From an uncultured Actinomycetes bacterium (lineage in GTDB: Bacteria; Actinomycetota; UBA4738; JBBDTT01): DNA of 64,000 nucleotides. The position numbers and the translations under genes are program-made. The notes beneath the pieces were generated by a model. The model worked only from the letters and a program-made list of their open reading frames with translations, ran no database searches and was not told where the DNA came from. Below are positions 1-9,973 of the stretch, piece by piece; within the stretch, counting starts at the first letter, position 1; each line of letters begins with the position of its first letter. The stretch is taken from positions 192,001 to 256,000 of the forward strand of contig CAVUMN010000003.1 of the NCBI GenBank assembly GCA_963742735.1, given 5' to 3'.

Positions 1-345
1 CACCGGCCGGTCCAGGCGGCCGTTGGTCACGCCGACCCGGAGCATCCCCACGGCGGGATCGGCGCCGACCGCAAGCGCGTCGGGCCGTGCCGCGCGGACG
101 GCCTCGATCACGACGCCGGTCCCGGTCCCCACGTCCAGGACCCGCTCGCCCGGCTGGATATCGAGGGCCGCCACCAGGTCGCGGGCCACCTCGGCGGTGT
201 GCCGCGCGTCGCCGCGCTCGAAGGCCTCGGCGATCTGGTCGTAGGCGCCCGGGTCCTTCCGGTGGCGGCCGGGCGGGTGCGCCGGCGCGGCCTCTGCCGG
301 AGGCGCGGGCTCGGTCGTGCGGTCGCGTCGTTTGAAAAGGCCCAT
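1..345 (-). CDS. Class I SAM-dependent methyltransferase (partial, runs off the left edge)
   Basis: Not in the ORF track; translated by hand from ATG 345: MGLFKRRD...YDQIAEAF...PGERVLDVGTGTGVV...VGADPAVGML. Contains SAM motif I, VLDVGTGTG. Confidence 0.85.
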   Translation of the reverse strand, partial: MGLFKRRDRTTEPAPPAEAAPAHPPGRHRKDPGAYDQIAEAFERGDARHTAEVARDLVAALDIQPGERVLDVGTGTGVVIEAVRAARPDALAVGADPAVGMLRVGVTNGRLDRPV

Positions 346-451
346 CGATCCGCCAGACTACCGGGCGTCATCCGATTCCGGACCGGGTTTGCCAGCGGCG
401 CCGCCCGGCCGCGAAACTCTCCGGGCACCCCGATCGAAACGGAGCCGAGTC

Positions 452-2089
452 ATGGACAAGCCACGCCACGGAGGGCACCTCATCGCCGAGGCCCTCAAGC
501 GCGAGGGCGTGACCCATCTGTTCACCCTGTCGGGGGGCCACATCGCGCCCATCTACGACGGCTGCGTGGACCTCGGGATCCGGATCGTCGACCACCGCCA
601 CGAGCAGGCCGCCGCACACGCCGCCGACGGCTGGGCCCGGGTGACCGGCCGGACCGGGGTGGCCGCGGTCACGGCGGGCCCCGGGCTGACCGACGCCGTC
701 ACCGGCATCGCCAACGCCATGTACGCGAACTCGCCGATGCTCGTGTTCAGCGGCAAGAACCCGGTGTTCGAGTTCGAGATGGGCTCCCTGCAGGAGATGG
801 ACCAGGTCACGCTGGTGTCCTCGATCACCAAGTGGGCCAAGACCTGTTACGACACCCGCAAGCTCGGCGACTACGTGGCGACCGCGTTCCGCCACGCGAA
901 CGCCGGGCGCAAGGGGCCGGTGTTCCTGGACATCCCCCTCGACGTCCAGTTCAACTCGTGGCCCCCCGGGGTCGAGGTCCCGCGCGACTACCGGACGGAC
1001 TCGAAGCCCGAGGGCGACCCCGACTACGTCGCCCGGGCGGCGAAGCTCCTGCAGGAGGGCGAGCGCCCGGTGATCTTCGCCGGGGCCGGGGTCCGGTGGA
1101 GCGAGGCCCACGAGGCACTGGCCGAGCTCGCCCACGCGATGAAGGTCCCCGTCTTCCTGAATTCCCTGGGCCGGGGCTGCCTGTCTCCCGACCACCCGTA
1201 CTACTTCGCGGCCGCGCGCAAGTACGGGCTGGGCCGCGCCGACGTCGTGCTTGCCCTCGGGGTCGACTGGGACTTCCGCCTGGGCTACGGGCAGCGAGGG
1301 TTCAACGCGGACGCGCGGGTGATCCAGGTCGACGTCGACGCCACGCACATCGGGCGCAACCGGCCCGTCGACGTGGGGATCGTCGGCGATCCCGGCAAGG
1401 TCATCGCGCAGCTGCTGGGCGCCGGGGTCGGCTCCCCTGAGGAGCCCTCCTGGACGGCCGAGGTCCGCGACGAGGAGAACCGGCTGGCGGGGGAGGCCGA
1501 AGCGGGCATGTCCTCGGACGCCGTGCCCATCCACCCGCAGCGGTTCGCCCGCGAGATCCGCGACTTCCTGGACAAGGACGCGGTGGTGGTGGGCGACGGC
1601 GGCGACATCGTGGGAATCGCGGCGTCGGTGCTCCCGGCGTCCGCCCCCGGTCACTGGCTCGACCCCGGCCCGTTCGGCTGCCTGGGCGTGGGTCCGTCGT
1701 TCGCGATCGCGGCCAAGCTCGCGAAACCGGACAAGCAGGTGGCGATCGTCTACGGCGACGGGTCGTTCGGGTTGAACGCCATGGAGTACGAGAGCGCGAT
1801 CCGGCAGGACATCCCGTTCGTGGGCATCATCGGCAACGACGGCGCGTGGGGCCAGATCAAGGTGGCGCAGGAGGCGATGTACGGCGAGGGGAACGCGCCG
1901 GCGTCGGTGCTCGACGCGACCACGCCGTACCACGCGATGGTCGAGGGCCTGGGCGGCTACGGCGAGCTCGTCACCGAGCCGGGGGAGATCGGGCCCGCCC
2001 TCAAGCGCGCCTTCGACTCCGGCGTGGCCGCCTGTCTGAACGTGATCGTCGACCCGAACCTGATGAAGCGCGCCTCCTACCTGGCCTAG
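452..2089 (+). CDS. Thiamine pyrophosphate-dependent enzyme (acetolactate synthase-like / 2-hydroxyacyl-CoA lyase family)
   Basis: Motifs RHEQAAAHAADG, VTAGPG and TPP-binding GDGSFG...NDGAWG. ATG 452 follows GGAG. Confidence 0.9.
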   Translation: MDKPRHGGHLIAEALKREGVTHLFTLSGGHIAPIYDGCVDLGIRIVDHRHEQAAAHAADGWARVTGRTGVAAVTAGPGLTDAVTGIANAMYANSPMLVFSGKNPVFEFEMGSLQEMDQVTLVSSITKWAKTCYDTRKLGDYVATAFRHANAGRKGPVFLDIPLDVQFNSWPPGVEVPRDYRTDSKPEGDPDYVARAAKLLQEGERPVIFAGAGVRWSEAHEALAELAHAMKVPVFLNSLGRGCLSPDHPYYFAAARKYGLGRADVVLALGVDWDFRLGYGQRGFNADARVIQVDVDATHIGRNRPVDVGIVGDPGKVIAQLLGAGVGSPEEPSWTAEVRDEENRLAGEAEAGMSSDAVPIHPQRFAREIRDFLDKDAVVVGDGGDIVGIAASVLPASAPGHWLDPGPFGCLGVGPSFAIAAKLAKPDKQVAIVYGDGSFGLNAMEYESAIRQDIPFVGIIGNDGAWGQIKVAQEAMYGEGNAPASVLDATTPYHAMVEGLGGYGELVTEPGEIGPALKRAFDSGVAACLNVIVDPNLMKRASYLA

Positions 2090-2090
2090 C

Positions 2091-2447
2091 GTGCGCGCCG
2101 ACCTCCCCGACCCCGGCCGTCCGAAGCGCCGCCTCTTCGGCCGCGCGAAGAAGACGAAGCCGGCCGGCGGCGCCAAGCCCGACCGCGAGACCACCAAGTC
2201 GATCGAGCAGTTCGTGACGACGCGGGTCGGCGTGGAGGCGTACGTCGAGCCCCGAACCGCGACCGCGCCCCTGTCGGTGGTGCTCGTGGCGGCCGACGGC
2301 GAGTGGATCCGCAAGCGGATCCCCGACGTGAGCTTCCTGCAGAAGCTGTCGAAGGCAGGAGGGCTTCCCGTCTACGACGCCGCGCTGGTCGGGTACCCCA
2401 AGCGGATGCGCGAGTACCGCCGCCCCGGCCGCGACCCCGAGGCGTAG
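2091..2447 (+). CDS. Conserved actinobacterial small protein
   Basis: GVEAYVEPRT...LVAADGEW...VYDAALVGYPKRMREY, a recognisable actinobacterial family. Starts 1 nt after the upstream stop. Confidence 0.7.
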   Translation: MRADLPDPGRPKRRLFGRAKKTKPAGGAKPDRETTKSIEQFVTTRVGVEAYVEPRTATAPLSVVLVAADGEWIRKRIPDVSFLQKLSKAGGLPVYDAALVGYPKRMREYRRPGRDPEA

Positions 2448-2449
2448 CC

Positions 2450-3175
2450 TCAGGCGTCGGGGCGCGGCTCGGATCGGGGATCGAGCCGCTCGCCGCGCGG
2501 CGTGTAGACGGCCCCGTCGTCGCCCGTCTCGTGGAGCCGCAGGTAGAGGGCGGCGACGGCCCCCGCCAGCCACAGGTTGAGGACGGCGACCCCCGCCGGG
2601 ATCAGGACTCGCCACCACGCGGTGGCGCGCAACGCGTAGGTGATCGCCGCCAGGTTCAGGGCTGCGGGCACGATCGCGTACCAGGCCGATCCGGGCCAGG
2701 TCCGCCGCAATGCCCGGAAGCCGAGCCACACGGCGATCGAAACCCGGCGGGTCGAGTAGGCCAGCGGGGGCTGCAGGAAGATGACGGCGGCGGTGACGGC
2801 CGCGCCTCCCACCGTGAGGATCGTGGCGACGGCGTCGACCCGGCCGGTGACCAACACGTACGTCACCAGGGCCGCGATCAGCGGCACCGACGCAACGAGC
2901 CCGAGGATGAAGAAGCGGCCGAGGAACGACCAGGTGAACCGCCACAGCTCGACGGAGAGGATCGGAAGGCCCCGGTACGCCCGCAGGTAGAACATCAGCT
3001 GGGTGCCCTGCCATCCGATCGAGAACAGAAAGGCCGGCAGCAGCAAGAGGGACCATGGGTCGGGGGCCGACGCCGCCAGCCCCAGGGCGGCGGCGATCCC
3101 GATGATCCTCGGCTCCAGACGCCAGGCGCGGGCGGCCTGCCCCAGATCGGCGCGAAATCCAGTCCGCTCGCTCAT
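2450..3175 (-). CDS. Integral membrane hypothetical protein
   Basis: About 6 hydrophobic segments; ATGA overlap with the upstream thioesterase gene. Confidence 0.7.
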   Translation of the reverse strand: MSERTGFRADLGQAARAWRLEPRIIGIAAALGLAASAPDPWSLLLLPAFLFSIGWQGTQLMFYLRAYRGLPILSVELWRFTWSFLGRFFILGLVASVPLIAALVTYVLVTGRVDAVATILTVGGAAVTAAVIFLQPPLAYSTRRVSIAVWLGFRALRRTWPGSAWYAIVPAALNLAAITYALRATAWWRVLIPAGVAVLNLWLAGAVAALYLRLHETGDDGAVYTPRGERLDPRSEPRPDA

Positions 3176-3567
3176 GCGGTTCGCTCCCGTGCCGAGGTCA
3201 GGAAGCGCTCCCGGTCCACGACCACCCGAACGTGCCCGGCCCTCGCCACGACCCCGGCGTCGTCGGTGACCTCCACGGAGAACGTCAGCGTTCGCCCGTC
3301 CACGGCGTCGAGCGTCGCCCGCGCGATGACCCGTCCACCGAGCGGGGTGGGCGCAAGGTGATCGAGCACGATCCGCGATCCGACGGTGGTGGCGCCGTCG
3401 CCGAGGGCTCCGTGGAGCGCGTTCATCGCGGCCCGCTCGACGAGCGCGACGACCTCGGGCGTGGCCAGCACGGGGACCGAGCCGGACCCGACGCGCTCGG
3501 CCGTGACGGCGTCGGTCACCTCGACCGACGCCTCGCCGGTGGCCCCCGGACGCAGCTCCTCGCTCAC
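3172..3567 (-). CDS. Hotdog-fold thioesterase, FlK-like
   Basis: VLATP...LVE...TVG...HLAPTPLG matches the Thr/Glu/His pattern of the FlK family. Confidence 0.85.
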   Translation of the reverse strand: MSEELRPGATGEASVEVTDAVTAERVGSGSVPVLATPEVVALVERAAMNALHGALGDGATTVGSRIVLDHLAPTPLGGRVIARATLDAVDGRTLTFSVEVTDDAGVVARAGHVRVVVDRERFLTSARERTA

Positions 3568-3614
3568 CGGTCGAGGCTACTCCGGCCGCTCGGGTGGTGC
3601 CCAGCCCGGACGCC

Positions 3615-5276
3615 TCACGCCTCCAGGATGAGGGCCCGGAAGCGGTGATACATCAGGGAGCACAGGAGCAGCAGCATCCCCAGTGCGCCGAAGGCGATCA
3701 CGCGATGCGGCGTCGAGAGCAGCCACAGATCGATCGTGGCGACCTTCGAGATCGTGACGATCAGGATCCCCACGCCGACCAGCCGGGCCCGGCGGCGCCG
3801 GGTCAGGACGCCGGCGATCAGCAGTGCGGTCGCGTAAACGCTCCACTCGACCGTGAGGGTGAACTGGACGGCGCTCTCCGCGGACCCGGGGAGGACGCGG
3901 GTCCAGTAGGCCGCGGCCTCGAGCCCGCCCCACAGCAGCGCCAGCAGGTGCGCGCCGACCGATGCGCCGACGCGCAGCGTGCGACCGGTCTCGTCCTCGT
4001 CGTCGCGAAGCAGCCGGGCGAGCACGTGAAGTCCGGCGATCTGGAACAGCAGGGTGATCGACAGGCCCGAGACGATCGGGACGTCCGGGGCGTAATAGGC
4101 GCCCAGGCCGGCCTCGACGAGCAGCGAGTCGCCCAGGGCCAGGGCGAACAGGCCGACGCCGGCGTGGATGGCGACCTTCGAGCCCGATCGGCTCCCCAGG
4201 GCCACCAGCGCGATCGCCTGCACGGTCCAAGCCGCGGCGATCCCGCTTCCCTCGAACTGGATCGGCACGGCCAGGGCCAGGAACCCGCCGCCCAGGACGA
4301 GCATCGCGGCCCCGAGGTTTGCGCGGTCCTTCGATCCGGGCTGCACGGCCATCCCCAGCCCCAGGTGGGCCGCGCCGAGCAGGGCCGTCATCGCGCCACG
4401 CCACGGCTCCAGCCCGTTCACGCCCATCACCGTCATCGAGTACGCCCAGAAGGCGAAGGCGTTCGCGGCCGCGACCGGGGCCTCCTCGTCGTGGGTGCGA
4501 CGGCGGGAGAGCCCCGCGCGGATCACGGGCTGGACCGCGAACAGGGCCCAGAACAGCGCGCCGTACGCGATCGCCGTCCACGCCGTGGTGGAGCTCGCGG
4601 CGACGGCGGCGAAGATCCACGTTCCCGCGAGGGCCAGGCGCTGCACGATCCGCCATGGGCGGAAGGTGACCGTGGTCAGGATGGCCGCGTCGAGGATCGC
4701 CACGAAAGCCAGCACCGGCCCGGGCGACATGGCGTCGCCGATCAGGTACGGAACCAGGAAGCCACCGAACGCGCCGAGGATCGTCAGCGCTTCGGACTCG
4801 TGGCGCCAGGCGAGGGCCACGCCGAGGCCGGCGACGAACGCGAGCCCCCAGAACGCGGTGGGCGCGTCGATGAGCCCGTAGCGCTCGTACGCCGCCCACA
4901 GGGAGAGGTACAGGACGCCGGTCCCGCCCCCGGTGAGCGACTGGGCCAGCGACGACCATTCGTGCCGGCGGGACGCCTCACCGAGCAGGACCAGGACCAT
5001 GCCGAGGATCAGCCCCAGAGCCACGCGGGCGTGGGTCGTGACCAGGCCCTGCTCGACCGCGTAGGAGTAGCCGAACCCGGCCGCCAGGAGCAGCGCCACC
5101 GCGCCGATCCGGGCGAACCAGGTGGCGACGGCGTTGACCTCCTCCTCGGGGTCGCGCGGCGGGACCGCCGGAGGCGGGGGCGGAGGTCTTCGGGCCGCCG
5201 GCGGCGGGGGGGGCGGCAGGTTGGCCGGCGGCGGCGCCGGCGGGAGCTTCGCATTCGTGTACATGAACTCAGCCAT
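3615..5276 (-). CDS. DUF2339-like polytopic membrane protein
   Basis: Pro-rich N-terminus, WFARIGAVALL, LYLSLWAAY, C-terminal KVATIDL...RVIAF..LG.LLL. ATG 5276 follows GGAGGAG. Confidence 0.8.
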   Translation of the reverse strand: MAEFMYTNAKLPPAPPPANLPPPPPPAARRPPPPPPAVPPRDPEEEVNAVATWFARIGAVALLLAAGFGYSYAVEQGLVTTHARVALGLILGMVLVLLGEASRRHEWSSLAQSLTGGGTGVLYLSLWAAYERYGLIDAPTAFWGLAFVAGLGVALAWRHESEALTILGAFGGFLVPYLIGDAMSPGPVLAFVAILDAAILTTVTFRPWRIVQRLALAGTWIFAAVAASSTTAWTAIAYGALFWALFAVQPVIRAGLSRRRTHDEEAPVAAANAFAFWAYSMTVMGVNGLEPWRGAMTALLGAAHLGLGMAVQPGSKDRANLGAAMLVLGGGFLALAVPIQFEGSGIAAAWTVQAIALVALGSRSGSKVAIHAGVGLFALALGDSLLVEAGLGAYYAPDVPIVSGLSITLLFQIAGLHVLARLLRDDEDETGRTLRVGASVGAHLLALLWGGLEAAAYWTRVLPGSAESAVQFTLTVEWSVYATALLIAGVLTRRRRARLVGVGILIVTISKVATIDLWLLSTPHRVIAFGALGMLLLLCSLMYHRFRALILEA

Positions 5277-5472
5277 CGATATCTCCTCCGATCCCTCGAC
5301 GGAGTGCGCGGAGGTGACGCTCGAGCGGAGTGCCCGCGCACGGGTGGCTGTCCTCCGGTCGAATGAGGAGCTCGTACTCCGGCCGGCCGGGGTCGTCGTC
5401 GTCCACCCACCAGATGCCGCAGACGGGAGCGATCGTCTGCGGGTGCTCAGCCGCGAAGGTCGATGCGCCCAT
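5269..5472 (-). CDS. Small hypothetical protein (or 3' half of a split gene with 5447-5695)
   Basis: ATG preceded by GGGAGG; stop overlaps the DUF2339 start. Confidence 0.35.
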   Translation of the reverse strand: MGASTFAAEHPQTIAPVCGIWWVDDDDPGRPEYELLIRPEDSHPCAGTPLERHLRALRRGIGGDIDG

Positions 5473-5695
5473 AGGTCTCTCCCTCCCACACCTCGGCGTG
5501 GCGAACGGACAGCGCGGGGGGGTTCGGCTTCGCCATCCGCGGGGTCGCGTCGCTCGAAGCGACCAGCCCGATCAGGCCGACGGCCATCAGCGAAGCCATG
5601 GCCGTGCCCGCGATCGCCAGAAGCACCTTCAACACGAGACCGAGGTCTCGCCCGAGCTCCGAGACGTCGAGGTCGATGAACGCCAGTGCCTCCAT
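5447..5695 (-). CDS. Small single-TM hypothetical protein
   Basis: MEALAFIDLDVSELGRDLGLVLKVLLAIAG..., one hydrophobic helix; fills the gap downstream of the response regulator. Confidence 0.45.
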   Translation of the reverse strand: MEALAFIDLDVSELGRDLGLVLKVLLAIAGTAMASLMAVGLIGLVASSDATPRMAKPNPPALSVRHAEVWEGETYGRIDLRG

Positions 5696-5796
5696 GGATC
5701 CAAGGATGCGGTCCGAGCGCGGCGTGCGGTAGTCGGATTCGGACCCAAACGCGCAGGTCAAGTGCCCTAATTGCGTCTGGGTAGTTCCGGCAATCC

Positions 5797-6465
5797 CTAC
5801 TCGGGGGCTCGGTCGAGGCCCTTCTGGATCGCGTAGCGCATCAGCTCGTAGCGCCGGCGCATCTGGAGCTTGGCGAGGATGTTCTGCACGTGGTTCTGCA
5901 CGGTCTTCACCGAGACGAAGAGCTTCTCGGCGATCTCCTTGTAGGCGTAGCCCTTCGCGACGAGCACGAGGACCTCGTTTTCCCGCGGCGTGAGGCGTGG
6001 CTCGTTCGACGTCGCCTCGCCGCCGCCGGCGACCCGGCGGAACTCGTCCAGCACCAGCCCCGCCAGCGACGGCGTGAACACGGGCTCGCCGCCTCGGACA
6101 CGGCGGATGGCATCGACGACCTCCTCGCCGGTGGAGCTCTTCAGCAGGTAGCCGGACGCGCCGGCCTTCACGGCCTCCAGCACGTCGGCCTCCTCGCCCG
6201 AGGCGGACAGCACCAGCACACGGACGTGGGGCGATTCCTCGACGATCTGGCGCGTGGCCTCGACGCCGCTCACCGTCGGCAGGTTCAGGTCCATCACCAC
6301 CACTTCCGGCATCGACTCTCGAGCCGCCTCGATGGCCTCGCCGCCGTCGGAGGCCTCGGCGACGATCTCCGCGACGCCCGCTGCCTCCAGGTCGGCCCGC
6401 ACGCCGTCGCGCCACAGCGGATGGTCGTCGACGAGCATCACGCGGATCGGCTCCGTGGCGCTCAT
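5797..6465 (-). CDS. NarL/FixJ-family response regulator (MacR-like)
   Basis: Receiver VDDH...MDL...GYLLK; LuxR HTH LTPRE...TVQNHVQNIL.KLQ. Confidence 0.95.
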   Translation of the reverse strand: MSATEPIRVMLVDDHPLWRDGVRADLEAAGVAEIVAEASDGGEAIEAARESMPEVVVMDLNLPTVSGVEATRQIVEESPHVRVLVLSASGEEADVLEAVKAGASGYLLKSSTGEEVVDAIRRVRGGEPVFTPSLAGLVLDEFRRVAGGGEATSNEPRLTPRENEVLVLVAKGYAYKEIAEKLFVSVKTVQNHVQNILAKLQMRRRYELMRYAIQKGLDRAPE

Positions 6466-7673
6466 GGCGTCGACGTCTCCGGGACGCGCAGCTCGAGCTC
6501 GGTGCCCTCGCCGGGCGCGGTGGTGATGCGCACGTCGCCCCCGAGGTCCGTGATCCGTCCCATCACGCTTTTCAGGATGCCGCCCCGGCCGTCCGCGCGC
6601 AGCTTCTCAGGATCCATCACGAACCCGGCGCCGTCGTCGCGCACGTTCACCGAGATCCAGCCGTCCGCGGCCTCCGCGAACACCGTCGCCCGTGAGGCTT
6701 GCGCGTGGGTCTCCACGTTGGCAAGCGCCTGGCCCACCGCGGCGACGATCTCGGTGACCATCCCGCCCGGCAGCCAGATGGGCCCGACGGTGCTCACGGT
6801 TACCGGCACACCGTGGACCTCGCGGGCGGCCGTCTCCAGCGCGTCCCGCAGCGAGGTCGTGCCGCCGCCGGGAGCCGGCTCCGGCGAGCGCAGCAGCAGC
6901 TCGCGCAGGGCCCGCTCCTGATCCCCGGCCGTCTGTGCCAGCGCGAGCACCTCGTCGGGCTGGACCGACCCACGCGCTCCCAGCTCGCGGCCCCGCTTGT
7001 GGACCAGGGCCAGGGCCTGCAGCACGGAGTCGTGGATCTCGCGCGCGAGCAACTCCCGCTCCGCGTAGCGGGCCGCGCGTTCGCGCTCCCGGATGGCCTG
7101 CTTCGTGGCGGCGCGGAGCTCGGCGGACGAGCGATCGAGCAGCCGGGAGATCACCCCCGTCGCACCGCCGGCCAACAGCATGTAGATCATGCCGTTGGCG
7201 ACCTGCTGGATCTGGTTCGCGTCGAGCTCGTCCAGGGGGAGGCCGTTCAGGGGCCTGCTGGCCAGGAGCGCCGCGGCGAGGACGGCGCCGACGATCACCC
7301 CCGGGCCGGGGCCGCGCTCAGCTCCCCAGGTCAGCGCGGCCGAGGCCGGATACATGGTCGCCACGAACGGCCGCGGCCCGGAGACCTCGCCTTCGCCGAC
7401 CAGGAGCGCCGACATGACGATGAGCCCGATCGCGATCCCGAGGTCGGCCCACCGGTCGGCGGGCGAGAGGGGTCCGCGAACGAAGGTGAGTCGGATCGTC
7501 CACAGCCCGGCGACCCCGAGCGTCGCCCACAGCAGACCGGGCCGCTCGAACGGTCCGCCGGTCAGGGCGAGCACGAACATCCACGCCAGCGCTCCCCAGC
7601 GGAACACGAGGATTCCGGCGGCGAGCGTGCGGCGGGCCCGCTCCGGCTCGGTGGGTTGAGCGCTCTCGCGCAT
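6462..7673 (-). CDS. Membrane sensor histidine kinase (HisKA_3, MacS-like)
   Basis: H-box RELLAREIHDSVLQAL, N-box NVETHA, G1 DDGAGF, G2 PGEGT; N-terminal TM helices. Confidence 0.92.
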   Translation of the reverse strand: MRESAQPTEPERARRTLAAGILVFRWGALAWMFVLALTGGPFERPGLLWATLGVAGLWTIRLTFVRGPLSPADRWADLGIAIGLIVMSALLVGEGEVSGPRPFVATMYPASAALTWGAERGPGPGVIVGAVLAAALLASRPLNGLPLDELDANQIQQVANGMIYMLLAGGATGVISRLLDRSSAELRAATKQAIRERERAARYAERELLAREIHDSVLQALALVHKRGRELGARGSVQPDEVLALAQTAGDQERALRELLLRSPEPAPGGGTTSLRDALETAAREVHGVPVTVSTVGPIWLPGGMVTEIVAAVGQALANVETHAQASRATVFAEAADGWISVNVRDDGAGFVMDPEKLRADGRGGILKSVMGRITDLGGDVRITTAPGEGTELELRVPETSTP

Positions 7674-7718
7674 TCGATCGTTACCCTATCCCGCGATGCG
7701 AGCCCAGACGACGATCGC

Positions 7719-8495
7719 GTGAGGGGTCCCGCCGGCGTCCTCGCGCTGGTGCTGGCCGAGACCACGGCCGGCGCCGTCGCGTTCCTCTGGTTGGCGCCGC
7801 TGTGGGGGAAGGTCCGCCGGGGGTTCTTCGTCCTGACCGGCGCGATCCTGGTCGGGCTGGGCCTCGCGGCGTGGGGATCCGCTGCCGCGGCGACCGATCC
7901 CGGGGGCTCCATCGCGCCCCAGACGAGCCTGCTGATCCTCTCGGGGGCCACGGCCGTGTGGACCCTGCTGCTGTCGATCCGGCGTGACGCGATCGGGCGA
8001 TGGATGGGCCTGGCCACGGTGCCCGTGGCCCTGTGGTCCATCGTGGCGTTCGCGTCGGCGGGCGAGGGGTCGAGCGCGGTCGCGATCTTCCAGCTCGCGG
8101 CCGGCGCGGCGTTCATGGGTGCGGTCCTCGACGGCCTCCTGCTCGGGCACTGGTACCTGGTGGACCGAGGGCTGGCCCGAGGCCCGATCAACTTCTACGC
8201 GCGATCGCTGCTGGTGGCCGTCGTCCTGGAGGTCGTCGCGGTGGCCATGGAGGGCTTCGGCCAGATCGAGGCCGGCGCGGAGTTCTCCTCGCTCCTGTCC
8301 GCGGCGGGGGTGGCGTCGTATCTGGCGCTCGGGATGGTGCTGGCGACCGCACTGATCGCCGTGATGATCCGGCTGGTCCTCAAGGGGGAGCGGTCCTCGG
8401 CCGTGCAGGCCGCCACGGGGTTCTTCTACCTCGCGGTGATCACCGCGTTCGCCGGCGAGGTCGCGGCGAAGATCAGGTTCCTCCCCCGGGTGTGA
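7719..8495 (+). CDS. Polytopic membrane protein with LLGHWYL motif
   Basis: 3' part of ORF 6699-8495; GTG at 7719; about 8 TM segments; TGATG overlap with the next gene. Confidence 0.7.
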   Translation: MRGPAGVLALVLAETTAGAVAFLWLAPLWGKVRRGFFVLTGAILVGLGLAAWGSAAAATDPGGSIAPQTSLLILSGATAVWTLLLSIRRDAIGRWMGLATVPVALWSIVAFASAGEGSSAVAIFQLAAGAAFMGAVLDGLLLGHWYLVDRGLARGPINFYARSLLVAVVLEVVAVAMEGFGQIEAGAEFSSLLSAAGVASYLALGMVLATALIAVMIRLVLKGERSSAVQAATGFFYLAVITAFAGEVAAKIRFLPRV

Positions 8496-9106
8496 TGCGC
8501 GCCCTGGTGATGGCCGGCGGCGCGGTGAGCGTGGTCCTGGCGTGGCGGTTCGTGTCCGGTGGAGGCTCGCTGTGGTGGTCGACGGCGATCGTCAACGGGA
8601 CCTTGGGCATGCTGGGGCTGGTCCTCGGGTCGTTCGAGGCGTCTCCGGGCCTGCACCCGTTCATCGCGGGGATGCTCGGGATCGGCCTCGGTTGCGCGAT
8701 GTGGGCGGCCACACGGGCCTTCGTGTGGATGGCCGGGCGGTGGCCGCCGTTCGCGCGCCACACCAAGGACCTCTACGACCAGCGAGCGGGTCTCTCCCTG
8801 GCGGCCGCCGTCACGATCGCCGCCGTCGTGGTGGCGCCGGGCGAGGAGCTGTTCTGGCGCGGGCTGTTCCAGTCGGAGCTCGCGCAGGAGACGACCAGGA
8901 CGTCGGCGGCGCTGCTCACCTGGGCCGCCTACGCGCTGGCGAACGCGGCGAGCTTCCGGCTGCCGATCATCGCCGGTGGGATCGTGGGCGGCGCGGTGTG
9001 GGGAGCGTTGGCTTGGTGCACCGAGGGGGTCATGGCGTCGATCGCCTGCCATGTGGTGTGGACGGGGATGATGCTCGTGGCCCCGCCGCGCCAGGCCCGA
9101 ACGTGA
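8495..9106 (+). CDS. CPBP/Abi (CAAX) intramembrane metalloprotease
   Basis: EELFWRG motif 1 and C-terminal H (ACHVVW); multiple TMs. Confidence 0.85.
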   Translation: MRALVMAGGAVSVVLAWRFVSGGGSLWWSTAIVNGTLGMLGLVLGSFEASPGLHPFIAGMLGIGLGCAMWAATRAFVWMAGRWPPFARHTKDLYDQRAGLSLAAAVTIAAVVVAPGEELFWRGLFQSELAQETTRTSAALLTWAAYALANAASFRLPIIAGGIVGGAVWGALAWCTEGVMASIACHVVWTGMMLVAPPRQART

Positions 9107-9973
9107 AGCTCTCGAAGGAGGCACGCCGGGTCCTGGCCGAGGGGACGTTCTGTTCGATCGCGGCGCGGACCCCGGCCGGGCCGCACCTGACGCCGGTGGT
9201 CTACGTGGCCGACGGCCGGCGCATCTGGCTGACCACCGCGCGCACCTCCGGTGAAGGCACGGGCGTGGCGGGAGGACGAGAGGACGGCGGGACTGATCGT
9301 CCACGAGGGCCTGGCCGTCGCGTTCCGCGGGGACGTCCGCATGTTCGACCTGCTGGATCCGAAGACGTGGGGACCCTCGGCGGCGCGGAGCCCGATCATC
9401 ACTCGGGCGGCGGCTCGGTTCACCCTCAAGAACGCGCGTTTCTTCGCCGGCTACGCCCGCGACGCCCATCGGGTTCCGCTGTCGTGGACGCCGCCGGCGC
9501 GGGTGTTCGCGTCGGTCGAGCTCGACTCGGCGGCGCTGCTCGATCTCGGCGAGGGAACCGTCCTGGAACGGGTGGGGGAGTGGCCCGGCGAGGCCCCGCG
9601 CTCGAGCACCGCCCGGCGCCGTCCCGGACGGGACGATCCGCTCGCCGGCGTTCCCGAAGACGTCCGCCGGGCCGTCGCCCGCGAGGGCGACGGGGCGCTG
9701 GCCCTGGGTGCGGCCGTGCTGCCGTGTCATTGGCGGACGAACGAGGGGCTCCTCGAGGCCGCCGCGAGCTCGGAGCACCTCCAGCTGTGCGGGTCCGTGA
9801 CGGGGGGCCGGGCGGCGATCGCGGGGCAGCGTCCGTCGGCGTGGCGTGCCCGCGAGATGCGCGGCTTCCTCGCGCAGGGCCGGGTTCGGGTCCGACGGGC
9901 CGGGCCGGTGGAGCTCGAGCCGGAGCGCGTGGTGTGGTGGCACGGCTGGGCGACGGGTACGGTGGGCCGGTGA
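9103..9973 (+). pseudogene. Pyridoxamine 5'-phosphate oxidase-like split-barrel flavoprotein, +1 frameshift near 9248
   Basis: N-part VKLSKEARRVLAEGTFCSIAARTPAGPHLTPVVY...WLTTARTS continues as VKARAW in another frame (ORF 9251-9973). Both outer ends overlap neighbouring genes by GTGA. Confidence 0.75.

Noticed and set aside
3172-3567. Fluorometabolite resistance or biosynthesis
   Set aside because: FlK-like thioesterases are widespread and no fluorinase genes are nearby.
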